A stretch of DNA of 64,000 nucleotides from Eledone cirrhosa (lineage: Eukaryota): the NCBI GenBank assembly GCA_964016885.1, contig OZ024748.1:57908001-57972000 (forward strand), in the 5' to 3' direction. The position numbers were made by a program, and so were the translations under genes. Positions 52,167 through 64,000 of this stretch are shown here, piece after piece. The number at the start of each line of letters is the position of its first letter. Positions within the stretch are counted from its first letter, which is position 1. The notes under the pieces are model-generated. The model made no database searches. It saw only the letters and a list, made by a program, of their open reading frames with translations, and was not told where the DNA came from.

Positions 52167-53270
52167 TTATACAGCTTCTGACTTTCTTGTTGACACACTT
52201 CCTCGGATTTGGGTTCGTTCATAATCATATGTACTAAGTGTTGGCGATGAGCAGCATAGAAGCTTCCGAAAACTTTTTCTAAAATTATCTGATAAGAAGG
52301 CATAAAGGATGGGATTCATGCAACTATTCGCATAAGAAAAGCAATTGGCTGTAAAATTAATCCAAAAGAATGTGGTACTAATGGTATATGATTTAGCAAC
52401 GTGCAATATAAATATAATTTGGATCGGTAGCCAACAAATAGCAAACAAAATCACAATGATAATTATCATACGAGTCACCCTTTTTTTCGATCTCATGCTT
52501 TCTGCTGACTGATTCCGTGGTGTTATTCCAAAAAGGAGGCGTCGCAGCATGAATCCGTATAGAATACATACCAATGTTAATGGGATGACATAACCTACAA
52601 CAAAAAATGAGACATAAAATATAACCCCTAAATTATGATCACTATAGTTTGCAATGTTAACGCATGTTAGACGTGGTAGGCCTTCATATTTGTAGGCCAA
52701 AAGGTCGCTTTGAAGTAGCAGTGGAACATTTCCACCCAAACATGCAACCCAAACAACTGTTACCATTATGCAACAGTTCTTTTCTGTTCGTATAGTCATA
52801 GATCTGATAGGGTGGACAACAGCTAGATACCGGTCGAAAGACATTAACACGAGTGTGTACACACTAGCGTAAGCACACACGTATATCATATATTCAACTA
52901 CTTTACACCAAATTCTTCCGAATGGCCACACCGCTACTAAATATCTTGTTCCTGTAAATGGCACACAAAAAATGATGAAACATAAATCTGCCAAGGCCAG
53001 ACTAAATATGAGGATATTTGTTGTGTTCACCATTCTTTTGTTTGAAATGATAACAATGATAACCAACAGGTTACCAATGAAACCAAGTATTACGATTACA
53101 CCGAATACAATTGGAACAATTATATGTATTATTCTGTCGTTCAGATCTGGCGCACTTGTATTGCCAGTTTGGTTCTCACTGCTGTCGTTTTGATACATAA
53201 CCATCCATACTGTTTCCTCAGTACTGTTCATGTACAGATTATTAGGTGCTGTTGATTCATACCAGTTCAT
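52167..53270 (-). CDS. Class A (rhodopsin-like) neuropeptide GPCR, allatostatin-A/buccalin/galanin receptor family, 367 aa, uninterrupted coding region
   Basis: Seven hydrophobic segments with GN (TM1), LALAD (TM2), WPFG..WC, DRY, CWLP and NPILY motifs. N-terminal N-glycosylation sequons (NST, NDS, NQT, NTS); CC after helix 8. The stretches TTNILIFSLALADLCFIIFCVPFT and AYASVYTLVLMSFDRYLAVVHPIRSMTIRTE are typical of AstA-type receptors. Confidence 0.93.
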   Translation of the reverse strand: MNWYESTAPNNLYMNSTEETVWMVMYQNDSSENQTGNTSAPDLNDRIIHIIVPIVFGVIVILGFIGNLLVIIVIISNKRMVNTTNILIFSLALADLCFIIFCVPFTGTRYLVAVWPFGRIWCKVVEYMIYVCAYASVYTLVLMSFDRYLAVVHPIRSMTIRTEKNCCIMVTVVWVACLGGNVPLLLQSDLLAYKYEGLPRLTCVNIANYSDHNLGVIFYVSFFVVGYVIPLTLVCILYGFMLRRLLFGITPRNQSAESMRSKKRVTRMIIIIVILFAICWLPIQIIFILHVAKSYTISTTFFWINFTANCFSYANSCMNPILYAFLSDNFRKSFRKLLCCSSPTLSTYDYERTQIRGSVSTRKSEAV

Positions 53271-53339
53271 TGTGTATTCTCTCAGTTGACAGAAGTTCCT
53301 TTAAAATCATCCATCAATTTCTGGTTTTCATTGCATAAC

Positions 53340-53360
53340 TATTCTGAAATGAAATAATAT
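53340..53360 (-). other. Candidate 3' splice acceptor of a 5'-UTR intron of the GPCR
   Basis: Minus strand reads ...tatttcatttcAG|aatagttatg, with the AG at 53345-53344, 73 nt upstream of the ATG. Confidence 0.5.
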
Positions 53361-54453
53361 GTAAACATATAATTAAGAATACGATGGATTTGTATATAAT
53401 AAAACAGCATTCATGTTGATAATTATATCTGAAACCTCAGACAGTTTACTTAATCACTTATTAGAGAGGATAACATATTTAATGCTGATCATTTCCTTAT
53501 TAATTATTTCTTTATGGCAATAGAGGTATTTAGTTTGACACCACCAGTAAAAGTAAAGTATAATATTTCGACTGAAACAAGTATTTTCTAGCTCATGGTA
53601 TCTAACATAATTAATTTGAAGACGAACATCACAGCAATTACTGTGAATTAATACATATGCCACAGGCGTCTCTACTATGTAGATACATGGTAGTGGTGGA
53701 GATCATCAGAAGTCTAGATTTCACACATTTCTGTACAAAAGTAAGTATGAGATGTTCGGTTATTACTAGCAATTGCAAACATACCGCAACAGAGAGCGTA
53801 AAAGAGTGAGATAAACATAATATGATGTATATTAATTTTGATTTTATATAAGCATATCATTATCTATAAAAGGCAGATTGTTGCTGTTGTGCGTGTGTGT
53901 GTGCATTTGCACAATTTCAAACCGATTCGTCTCAAAATATGTAAGAATGTTGTAAATGGTGTAACTTAGGTCACCGACAATTTACCTCATTCAAACTCAC
54001 CCACAATTACGGAAATAAAACGATAAAACTAAATACAAGACGCTTTACCCCTCTAATACAGTCAGACACCCTCTCTCTACTCCCCTTCATCAGAGAAAGT
54101 TGCAGCATGTATGTGAGTCGAATCGGTTTGAAACTGTGCAAATGTATAAACATGGAACATGCATACATACACACAACAACAACAATCTGCCTTATATAGA
54201 TAATGATGATGATGATAATGATTAAACTTACAAACTTTAAGAGAGAGAACGTTTGTTTTTGAGTGTGGAACGGTCAAACATTTATTTACTTCAATGACAA
54301 AGAGAACTTATTACATTTCATACGAAACAACAATTATTCAAAAGCAACAGATAAATTTATTCAACAACAACAATAATAGCGATAAATCTTTTTTAAAACA
54401 TCTATCAACGAACGTGGAAGAAAGAAGTATCAGTTCATTTACTATACACAATA

Positions 54454-54634
54454 ATATCCTCTATGAGGTCACTAAACCTTCTAGAAACAGCAACTAACTC
54501 TCCCCCATATCACACCACTCCCAACTGTCCTAAATTTAGAAAGCATATCCCCTATGAGGTAACTAAACCTGCTAGAAACAGCAGCTAACCCTCCCCCATA
54601 TCACACCCCTCCCTACTGTCTTAAATTTAGAAAA
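54454..54634 (+). repeat. Two-copy tandem repeat, 91-bp period
   Basis: atatcc.ctatgaggt.actaaacct.ctagaaacagca.ctaac...taaatttagaaa starts at 54454 and again at 54545. Confidence 0.85.
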
Positions 54635-54639
54635 CACAC

Positions 54640-54934
54640 ATTAGACAACCATGCAGAACAACTCCATCGCAGCTCTGTTGTTCGGCTGGCATCGTCTATG
54701 CGCGTGTTGCGCAAGTACTGTGAAACAATACATTTCAACACTTCTTTGCACAGAGATAATATCCATAGGCGAAATTACAATTGTCACTGCGGGCGCAGCT
54801 CCTGCTTCGGCAGTCCAGGTCTGCAATTCATTCCCCCAGTGCCTGGCAGACAAAAAATGGCTGCCATAAAATGGGTGGTGCAACCTAAGTTTGGTAACTC
54901 ACTGACCCCGAACAACGCCGGGCTTTAATGCTAG
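54640..54934 (+). mobile_element. Helitron 3' terminus
   Basis: cccgaacaacgccggg-ctttaatg-CTAG|T at 54907-54935; 5' boundary uncertain. Confidence 0.55.
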
Positions 54935-55994
54935 TACATTTTATAAATATTAGGAAACATTGGTTATCGGCTTGTTTTATAGTGGCATTAACTTAATATA
55001 GCTTCTCCTATTTTGACGATACCCGTAGAATGTTCTCCATGTTATTTTCTTTTTATCATTGAGTTACCAGCCTTTCACAGCGAAAACAGTATATAAGCAA
55101 CGCTTTTATCGTTTAATATCGTTATATGATTAGGAACAACAACACTCCACCCACACCATGCAATTTGAAGAAGAGAAAATGATAGATATTTATTTTAGTT
55201 TTACGAGTTGTTGAGAAAATATGAAGCTACTGATTGGAAGACATATGCGTTTTAAGCTTGTCAGTATTTATAATTATTTAAAAAGGGCTTTCTTCTTGCT
55301 TGCCTAAATTACTGAATAGTTGTGTTTACACATTTAACACAGTTTCTATTTAATTCTGCTTATAATGATGGCAGAAAATACACCTGGCATATTCGTGATA
55401 CATAGTCAAGCCAAAATTTCAACGAAGTGTAATGCATTAATATAATAAAATGTTTCTCGCTTACAGCATTATACTGTTTGGAAGAAAAAGAAAATGAAAC
55501 ATAAGTCAGTCAACGTTTGTATTAATCACTGCAAACTTATTATTGATCATAATCATTTTACATATAACATAGCTGCTATGAATAATATAATTACTTGAAT
55601 TGTTAAACGAAATGTTCGTAATTAAATGAGCTACAAATCATTGAAATAATACAAATTTACAGGCTTGTATGACCTGATCGTTTGAGAAATACTGAATCAC
55701 ATATCATTTAACATTTGGTGCATTCTCTGCACAATTAACATTACCAATGTTCACCATTAGATAACTACGATAATTTGAGTGTATCCATAATGAAGAGGAT
55801 CATAATTCTAAACGAGGATATTAAAACAAATAACCTAGATGAGATCAACTGCCTCACTGAATTTCTATTCTCCTAAATGGTGTTTGAATCCCAGTAGACA
55901 ACATAACTGAAAATAGAAACAAAACTATTCAAATTATATATTCCTCAGAATAGATAGCATCATAATATGAGAGGTGAAATAGGGCGTATATCAC

Positions 55995-56187
55995 AATAAT
56001 TGTTTCTACTTTTTGGCACAAGGCCAGCAATTACCCAGTGCATTACTGGTACTTTATTTTATCGACCCCGTAAGAAGGAAAGGCAAAGTTATCCTCGGTG
56101 GGATTTGAACTCAGATCATAAACGGACGTAACTCTATGCTTCAAAGCATGGTGTCCGACTCTCTACCGATACTGCCAATCCACCGCC
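55995..56187 (-). mobile_element. tRNA-derived SINE, family A
   Basis: Full-length match to the family sequence. Confidence 0.85.
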
Positions 56188-57034
56188 TGTCTCTCTCAAT
56201 AATATTGAAAATATTGGGTCGTCACGTATAACATTTGTAGAGATTTGTTTTTGTTCTGCAAATCTCTACATGTTTCATACTGGAGGACCCAATAATTAAC
56301 AAAAAACACAATCATTACATATACAAGACTACGTAAATAGCACTACAAGACATTGTACTCATAGTGCATACGATACATTCTATACAATAGAAATATACCA
56401 AATCAAAATAAAAACTACACATAACCAAGGCGCACTGCACTTTGCAGTTGAAGCGCACAATAAAAGCGTCTACCGACGAGATAATATAAATATAATAATT
56501 TCCTATAGTCTCTATTGATTTCTGACATGGACATAAATGTTTCGAAAGATATGTTCGATTGAAGAAACCACAATAAACGATGGATGTTTACTTCATCGAC
56601 TTTGCTTGGATTTAACCAGAGATTGGAATATTCTTCGATCAGCACTCTATCAATTATTTTTTTTCTGAAGATGTCCTGGCTTACTGAGACGTCTATATAT
56701 ACATATGTATGCGAAGGCTATTTGCAGGGGAATCAGTGAAGATGAAAACTTGTTGAAGATAAGATGCTGGCTTATTAATGTTATTACTAATTATTATATA
56801 TCTCAGATGGAAATTACATGACCGACGTGTACTATATGAAGTTTACAAATGTTACAGAGGCCTGTAGCATGAACACATGTCTATACCCGATGTGTGTGCA
56901 CAGTGTTCACGCGAATTTTATGGTTATATATATATGAGAGAGAGAGAGAAAGAGAAAGAGAGTGAGAGAGTGAAAGAAAACAAGAAGTATAGATAGGCAT
57001 ATTCTGATAAACGTTAATGTATTATTTGTCAAAG

Positions 57035-57300
57035 CACATGCCTTTGTGATTAGGTTATTCGACTCATGATCGTAAGGTAATGAATTTGATTTCCGGCAGC
57101 GTGCTGAGTGTTTGTGCAAGACATTTTAGTTCACGTTGCTTCAGGCTACTCAACTGGCACGTTGTAAATGTAATCCGAATGTACAGCCTTATCACATTCT
57201 GTGCCACACTTAAACTTACTAAGAAATACGTTAAGCATATGCGTGTTTGTGGAAAGCTCACCCACCTGCACGCTAACTTCCCGAGCAGGCTCATCGTTGA
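57035..57300 (+). mobile_element. tRNA-derived SINE, family B (diverged)
   Basis: ttcgactcatgatcgtaagg...gcaagacattttagttcacgttgct. Confidence 0.55.
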
Positions 57301-60300
57301 TCATAATATCTACTGGAATACTCGGCGAGCTACTTAAGAACCATTGTGTGATATCAAAATATTTTAAACCACTTATTCTGAATATATTTAGATATAAAAT
57401 ACTGAAACACATAAGGTGTGTTCTTCGACGTATGAAGTTTATTTCTAATTTTCAAAATTGTAGGGTCATACACAATATGGTTTGCATTCTATTGAATGTA
57501 TACTTCATCCAATATATATTATCATTTAGTAATAAGTAATTTTCTCTTTTTTATATTGGTAACCATACGGATAACATTGTCAGATTGATCCTACAAATGT
57601 GTCCCATGTATAATATAATATCATATAATGCATAATATATTGCAACACCAGAACACTTGCCATCCCCTCCCCTTCCAATTCTTTTTCTTCTTTCTTTCTC
57701 TACTTTTTTTCTATACTTCCCTGATCTTTCTTTCCTTTTGTTTCCCCCTTTTTAATATTTCTATATTGAAAATATACTGAATATTAGTAATTTCCATTAA
57801 TCAAAAGTAATTAATCTCGGTTAAGAATAAAGTATTATTTTTTTAGCAGTATTGAATCGATTAATGTAACGAATAGGTATATTCATCAGTAGGTCCAATA
57901 AGACAGCATTCTAGTCGTTCAGTCATTCCGTAATCTGTGTTCTAATCTCACGAAAGCTTTTCTTTTTTTGCTGTCATCATTTCTATGTTGATAAAACATC
58001 GTATCAGTTGAATATTGAGGTAGATTCTTCCCACTTCTCCTCCTCTGTAATTTCTCTAAGAAATCGAGTGCACGTAGGATACGCAAGGGATGACGCCGTG
58101 TATCAAGATGAGAACCATATAACTCTATAACGTGTTAATGGATCAGTGACAGTGATAGTAAAAATATCAACTGACTTTTATAATTCTGATAGATTGCAAA
58201 GGTTAATATGGCTTGTGTCAAGTATCGGGATAAAATCTGCCAATACTCAAATACCAATGCTATTACTGAGGTAGATGTTAAATCCAAAAGGACATATTGT
58301 GTGAAATTTACTACAAAACAGAGTAATTATTGTTATTGATTATAAAGCATTTTATTGTTAAATTCTTCTCATAAAAGAATGTAATGATGATGCAAGTGTC
58401 TGGATGACAAATAAACATCACGGAAAATAATAGGTTTATTTAAATGTCTTTTTAAATACCTATTATTTTCGTTTGAAAAAGGGAAGCGAAATTACGTAAG
58501 CGAAAACAAAATGTTTGGTAATGTGATTTTCATTTAATGCTTTCTCCACACACCACCTATATGTGCTTAACAAATAAAGCCATTTTTTTTCATTTTTAGT
58601 CACATAATACAATCATGGCACATATATTGTAAATAGAAACACTTAATTTCAGATTGAAATAAACTGATTAATCGTATTCATAATGAATGCATACTTAACA
58701 TATAATTGGCCGCTATTGGTTTCGTAGATCAATGCTGTTGTTGTTGGCTTAAGTAAATGGCTTACTCGTATGATTTATTATAGTGCAAGTGATAGAAACA
58801 TTCAAAGATACCTGTGCAATTAACGTAATTCTCATTTTCATACAGGGTGAATCAGTGTATAACAAGTCTAGTCCAGCAAATTACACCTATGGTCCAACCA
58901 CGAACTACGAAACCCTTTTATTTCACCGAATTTCATAAGACATGGCGTGATACAATGCCATGGTAAATACAACTTGTCCCGACTACCATGAAATACGATG
59001 GTACCCAAGGACTAATAATCACAAATCAATATCTTTACTCATTTGTTCACGCAGTAGACGAAGCAAGCATACATATCGTGTCACATTTTGCGTTTGTTTT
59101 AAATTACGAAGCATTTTCATGATAGAATAAATTGCTCTAATTACATGCATATTGGAATCTAAATATTGTTACACTTGGGGAGTGGGAGTGTCATATTGTT
59201 GTAATAATATTGCCAGAAATAATAACAGAACACACTCACTGCAAAATAAGAACATAATCTAAACAAATAACTGAAAAGTATAATGAAAAATGCAATATAT
59301 AAGTACACAATTAATAATAATAATAATAATACATATATATATATTCCTGTGCGCACACTCACACACGCGCACACGCACACCCACGCGCAATTTGGGTATA
59401 CATTAAAGGAAGTGAGTGATATAAATGTATTTCGCAATTGAAAGTATGTGTGTGTATCAAATTGAGAAGTAAAGATTAGAAGATTGAACGAATATGAGAA
59501 AATAGGTGCCGTAATCTTCATTACAATCATAAGTCTGTGAAAGCCCACAGTGATCATTTGTGAATGCACATTCGGTCCAGGTTATAGGGTATTGGGTGCT
59601 ACCTCTCACCAAACGAATCGCCTCTCACATATTGCTAATAACTTGTACTTATCTTAGTGCTGTTGGCTGTCCAACCTAAAACCAAGAAATTTACAGATTG
59701 GACGGTGTATCTTTATAGTGGAATCTTTGCATTTTATCAGTGTGGTATGATCAATCATAATTCTCGGTCTTTTCTTCCTTATTCGTTCTATGTGTTTTTG
59801 TATTACACTGTGGGAATGAGTGTTTCAGTATGGTCTATGAATAACGACTGAAGACATTACAAAAAGATCGATTCTTCTATCACTCTGTTTCATGTGTTTA
59901 TGTGTATTAGCATACCCAGTGACCGTCTAATAATTCAAGGTCTCTACGCATTCGGTAAAAACACGCCCCCCACACTTCACTATTCTCATCCGTCATTTTG
60001 GAACATCCAGGATGTGACAGATGGAGATCAAATAGAACTGCATCAGCACTTTCCAATTAATTCTCTTCTGAACGGTGAAATGCATATTTAGCTTTGCTGC
60101 TATTTGAATTAAGAGAACCACCAACTGAAACTAACAGTTTAATGCATTCAAACATATGCTCTAACAATTTCGATGTTACCATATATGTACATGCTTACAT
60201 AATTCCATCTGATTATATAACGCTATTTGTTTTTTTAGATCAGCTCATTTATAATAATATCCATATTATGTTGACTCTCTCGATCGTGACAAGCAACATG

Positions 60301-61183
60301 TCATTTTCAATCTAAAAAAGTTAGTTCACCACAAACACTTTATAGGATTTAGTTTACTTGTGCGTTGTGCACCATGCTGTTTATTTGAAATCATAAACTT
60401 TGTTTCTACATTCTTTTCGTTAATAACATATATTGACATCTAACATCATTTATTGTTTTATCAAGTTGCTAGAATTCCTAAAAATATAAAATAAATAATA
60501 TGAATGTATTTACATTCATTTCATTTATAATTGACATTAAACTCATACATTTATGAATAAATTAGAAAAAAAAGGATAGCTATTGTTTGGAGTTGTATGA
60601 AATATGAGAATAACATAATATGAATTACAAGTTCTAGATTGGAATAGTCTTGTTTGAATTATACTCGCAAATGCATGTCACGTTGATTATATTTCTATTT
60701 CTATTCACTCCCCTAAAAGTTAGTTCTCCTTTAAAGAGTTATATATTTTTGAACTAATAACTCCCACGCTAGAGATGAAGCATTATTGTAATTACTAATA
60801 TCTTATGTAGGTTTCCATTTATCATCATAGTCATCATCATCTTAGTTGTCCAAGTTTCGTCGACCAAGTTTTAAATGATCTAGATAGATCACTAAGAGGC
60901 ACCTATGATCCTCTCGTAACATTAGAGACAATAGATGCATGACATATTTCTAAATAAACAAACGTATCACAGATTTTCAGTCACTCTCTCCTCTCCATTA
61001 ACTTTTAATCACATCTACTGTTTGAAGCTAATATATGAAAAGGTATATACAATATATTAATCTATTTATGATGACAACGACGATATTCTTCTGAAGATAG
61101 GTGCAAAGTTACACATTAAAACCTATTACTATACTTGCATCTTTATATGGCTATAATCTCTCATTGTCCCTCTCTCTCCTTGA

Positions 61184-61234
<51 letters not shown>

Positions 61235-61332
61235 TATAATATATATATATATTATATATATATATATAGACATGCATATACAGACACACACACTCAAACA
61301 GATGCGGACTCATACACAAACACACACACGTA

Positions 61333-61397
<65 letters not shown>

Positions 61398-61518
61398 ATA
61401 TATACATGCATTTACAGACACACACACACACAAACACTCACACAGATGCGGGCACACACACACACACACACACACCCACACATACACACACATACACACA
61501 CACACACCCACACATACA

Positions 61519-61587
<69 letters not shown>

Positions 61588-61621
61588 TATTTACGTAGAC
61601 AACGGAATGTTTGTTTATAAA

Positions 61622-61666
61622 GCTCTGATGATTCCTGCCCCATGGAAGGGATGAAACATTGTCAGC
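61622..61666 (+). ncRNA. Minimal type I hammerhead ribozyme fold
   Basis: GCT-CTGATGA-TTCCT...AGGGAT-GAA-AC-att-GT-C-AGC, with AATAAA directly after at 61668-61673. Confidence 0.7.
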
Positions 61667-61720
61667 AAATAAAAATTGTATGAGTATGTAGGCGTTCTTT
61701 GATTTATTTTACATATATAC

Positions 61721-62108
61721 ATAGTAATAAACACAGTCAATCGTGTGTTTCATATTGCGAGGGTTGAAGAACCACATTAGTTTGAAATATTTAACCAAGA
61801 AGCAGACAGAATGATAAAAATAAAATTATACAGACCACCTCAATAACAATTACATCTCTCGGACAGATTAGGGATTAATCTGTTTTGCCCTCTCATCTCG
61901 TTGATGATGCCCGTGGATTATATGTTACAAACACACTCAGGGCGAAACAGATTAATCCCTAATCTGTCCGAGAGATGTAATTGTTATTGAGGCGGTCTGT
62001 ATAATTTTATTTTTATCATTCTGTCTGCGTCTTGGTAAATATTTCAAACAAATGTGGTTCTTCAATCCTCATAATATGAGACACACGATTTACCGTGTTT
62101 ATTACTAT
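61721..62108. mobile_element. Fold-back element with central hammerhead
   Basis: Imperfect inverted arms of about 170 bp (61721-61891 and 61939-62108). The spacer supplies stem I and the core of the ribozyme. Confidence 0.75.
61896..61973 (+). ncRNA. Type I hammerhead ribozyme fold (C3U variant)
   Basis: TCTCG-TTGATGA-T-GCCC...GGGC-GAA-ACAGATTA-atccc-TAATCTGT-C-CGAGA. Stem I 5 bp, stem II 4 bp, stem III 8 bp, GUC cleavage triplet ending at 61968. Confidence 0.75.
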
Positions 62109-62721
62109 ATAGATTATTGTTATAATGCTCAGTATTTATACTTTGAGCTTCTTAATTGCAGGGTCCAGTATGAGTTATTAACTCTACCTTTCATTTATAT
62201 ATATATATATATATAAATTTATATACACATACATACATAGTGAGTAATGGAAAATGGTTTATATCATATAGATATTGAAGATGTAGTGGTGTATATAGAT
62301 TATTAATGTTAAAATATTTCTCTGAAGATATCAAACATTGCTTTCATGTACATTATGAGTAGTTAATATTTTAAGTCCATATAAAATAAAAATGTGTATC
62401 TATTTTTTTATACCATCTGCTAGAATATTATTATTTGCAAAAGTTATTCATTTTACCTCATTAGCATTCGTTCAGGTAGACAGATACATTAACATTTTAC
62501 TCTCCGTATTGTCTATTTACATTCATTAACAACGATTCCTATATGAAAAATCTCGGTCACAGATATACTGACAACCACAAACATTCGCACGCAGGCACGC
62601 TCACATGCACACACACACACGCACACACACCCAAACACACACACGCGCACGCGCGCGCGCGCACGCACGCACACACAACCCACACAATACTTAAATATAA
62701 CAATATAACTATATATATATA

Positions 62722-63348
62722 CTACCCGAATTACCCGCGCCTTGCTGCGTTTCACACATTTTATTTTGTAAGAAAATGATGATTGGTTTTAAATCAGTGA
62801 TATAATTTATGGAGAAAAAATAAAGGGAAAATGTTAAAAAGTAGAGGCATTAACTAATAATTTTTGTTGCCATAATTTTAGTGATGTTTTGCCATAGATG
62901 AAATATATATATTAGGCAAAATTTACTATAAAAGGGAGGTGCTTTTTTGTTTATTTACGTTTAATTAATAGAGAAACCCCGTGATAATAGAGGTTCCAAT
63001 AGTCAAGTTATGGGCTTCCAATATTTTCACTATAGGGGGTTTAACCCCCATTAGTGTGTCTTAATATTATTGACATTTGATGAAATTTTGAGAACCTGCA
63101 TCGTTACCTGTCATTTACTTATGGTTTAAATTTCATATAAATCGAAGGGAAAAAGGTTTCAGCGGGGGCAAGCGGAGGTTTGTGGCCCCGGAAAAACCCT
63201 TTGATGAACATTAAATATACTTATCCAAGTGCCCTGGACAATGTAGTTTCAGAATATATATGGTTATGTGGGTCTATCTCAAACATCATAGGAGGTTTTC
63301 GTGAAGAAACAAGCAAACGGACAGGAACTACAACTTTATATATATAGA
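62722..63348 (-). mobile_element. Non-autonomous Helitron-like element
   Basis: Minus strand starts A|TCTATATATATAAAG and ends with GC-rich cgcagcaaggcgcggg followed by GTAG|T (CTAG variant). Confidence 0.55.
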
Positions 63349-64000
63349 TATATATTTACCGTTTCTAAAAATAAAAGATAGTTAGATAGGATTAAATCAC
63401 ACTTAATGCCGTGCGTGTACGCCTCACTGGCTTGGTATCCTCAGGTCAGTCTGCCTTCTCACCCCTTACCCTCCGTTTTTCAGACCTGCTTTGCCCCACC
63501 AACCCCCCGCCGCTACGAAGGAATTTAACTATATACAGGACATCCCAGATCATTGATCAATCCCCGTAACAGACAAGGAAAACAAGATAATTTTGCTTTT
63601 TTTGCTTTGACTGCATAGACATATATGAACTGTACCCCGTGATAAGTTCAGGTTGATTGACGCCGTACTAAATATTGGTGGCTTAGTTCGGATCTAAATT
63701 TCGAAACGTCGGATCCCAGCCGTCGGGGTCCTGACTCGTTTCATGTATGTATGTATGTATGTATGTATGTATGTATGTATGTATGTATGTATGTATGTAT
63801 AATGTATATATGTATTAGAGGGTAAGAGAGAGAGAGAGAGAGTGATCCAGCTATATAGTTTGTTAGACCAGAATCTATATTATCTATATTAAGCATTCGT
63901 GATCAATCTAATGCGCAACAGATGAGCACATGCCTGTGATGTAAAAACATATCTGATATTTTATGTAAACTAGGATTTAATGTGTTGTATTGTGTATTAT

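Noticed and set aside
52972-53193. 73-aa plus-strand ORF
   Set aside because: Antisense shadow of the GPCR.
54454-54634. Possible CRISPR-like repeat
   Set aside because: Two contiguous 91-bp units with no unique spacers and no cas genes, in a eukaryotic context.

Overview
AT-rich animal DNA, most likely an octopod cephalopod. This is an inference from the SINE families and the very high (TA)n content. The only intact protein-coding gene is a class A neuropeptide GPCR of the allatostatin-A/buccalin/galanin receptor family, with its whole coding region in one exon (52167-53270, minus). The rest is repeat landscape: multi-kb interrupted (TA)n arrays (the long YI/YM ORFs are artefacts of them), more than 10 tRNA-derived SINE copies, decayed RTE and CR1-like LINE fragments, two copies of an internally deleted RTE-like element, non-autonomous Helitrons and a Helitron Pif1-helicase remnant. 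The most striking pattern is a set of short non-coding islands inside the TA arrays. They carry type I hammerhead ribozyme folds (about 10 loci from several unrelated sequence families), usually followed by AATAAA, and are often folded back into long, near-perfect palindromes (up to about 400 bp, no loop). They resemble non-autonomous, microsatellite-targeted Penelope-like pLTR/retrozyme elements. All folds and alignments were done by eye; none has been computed or tested.
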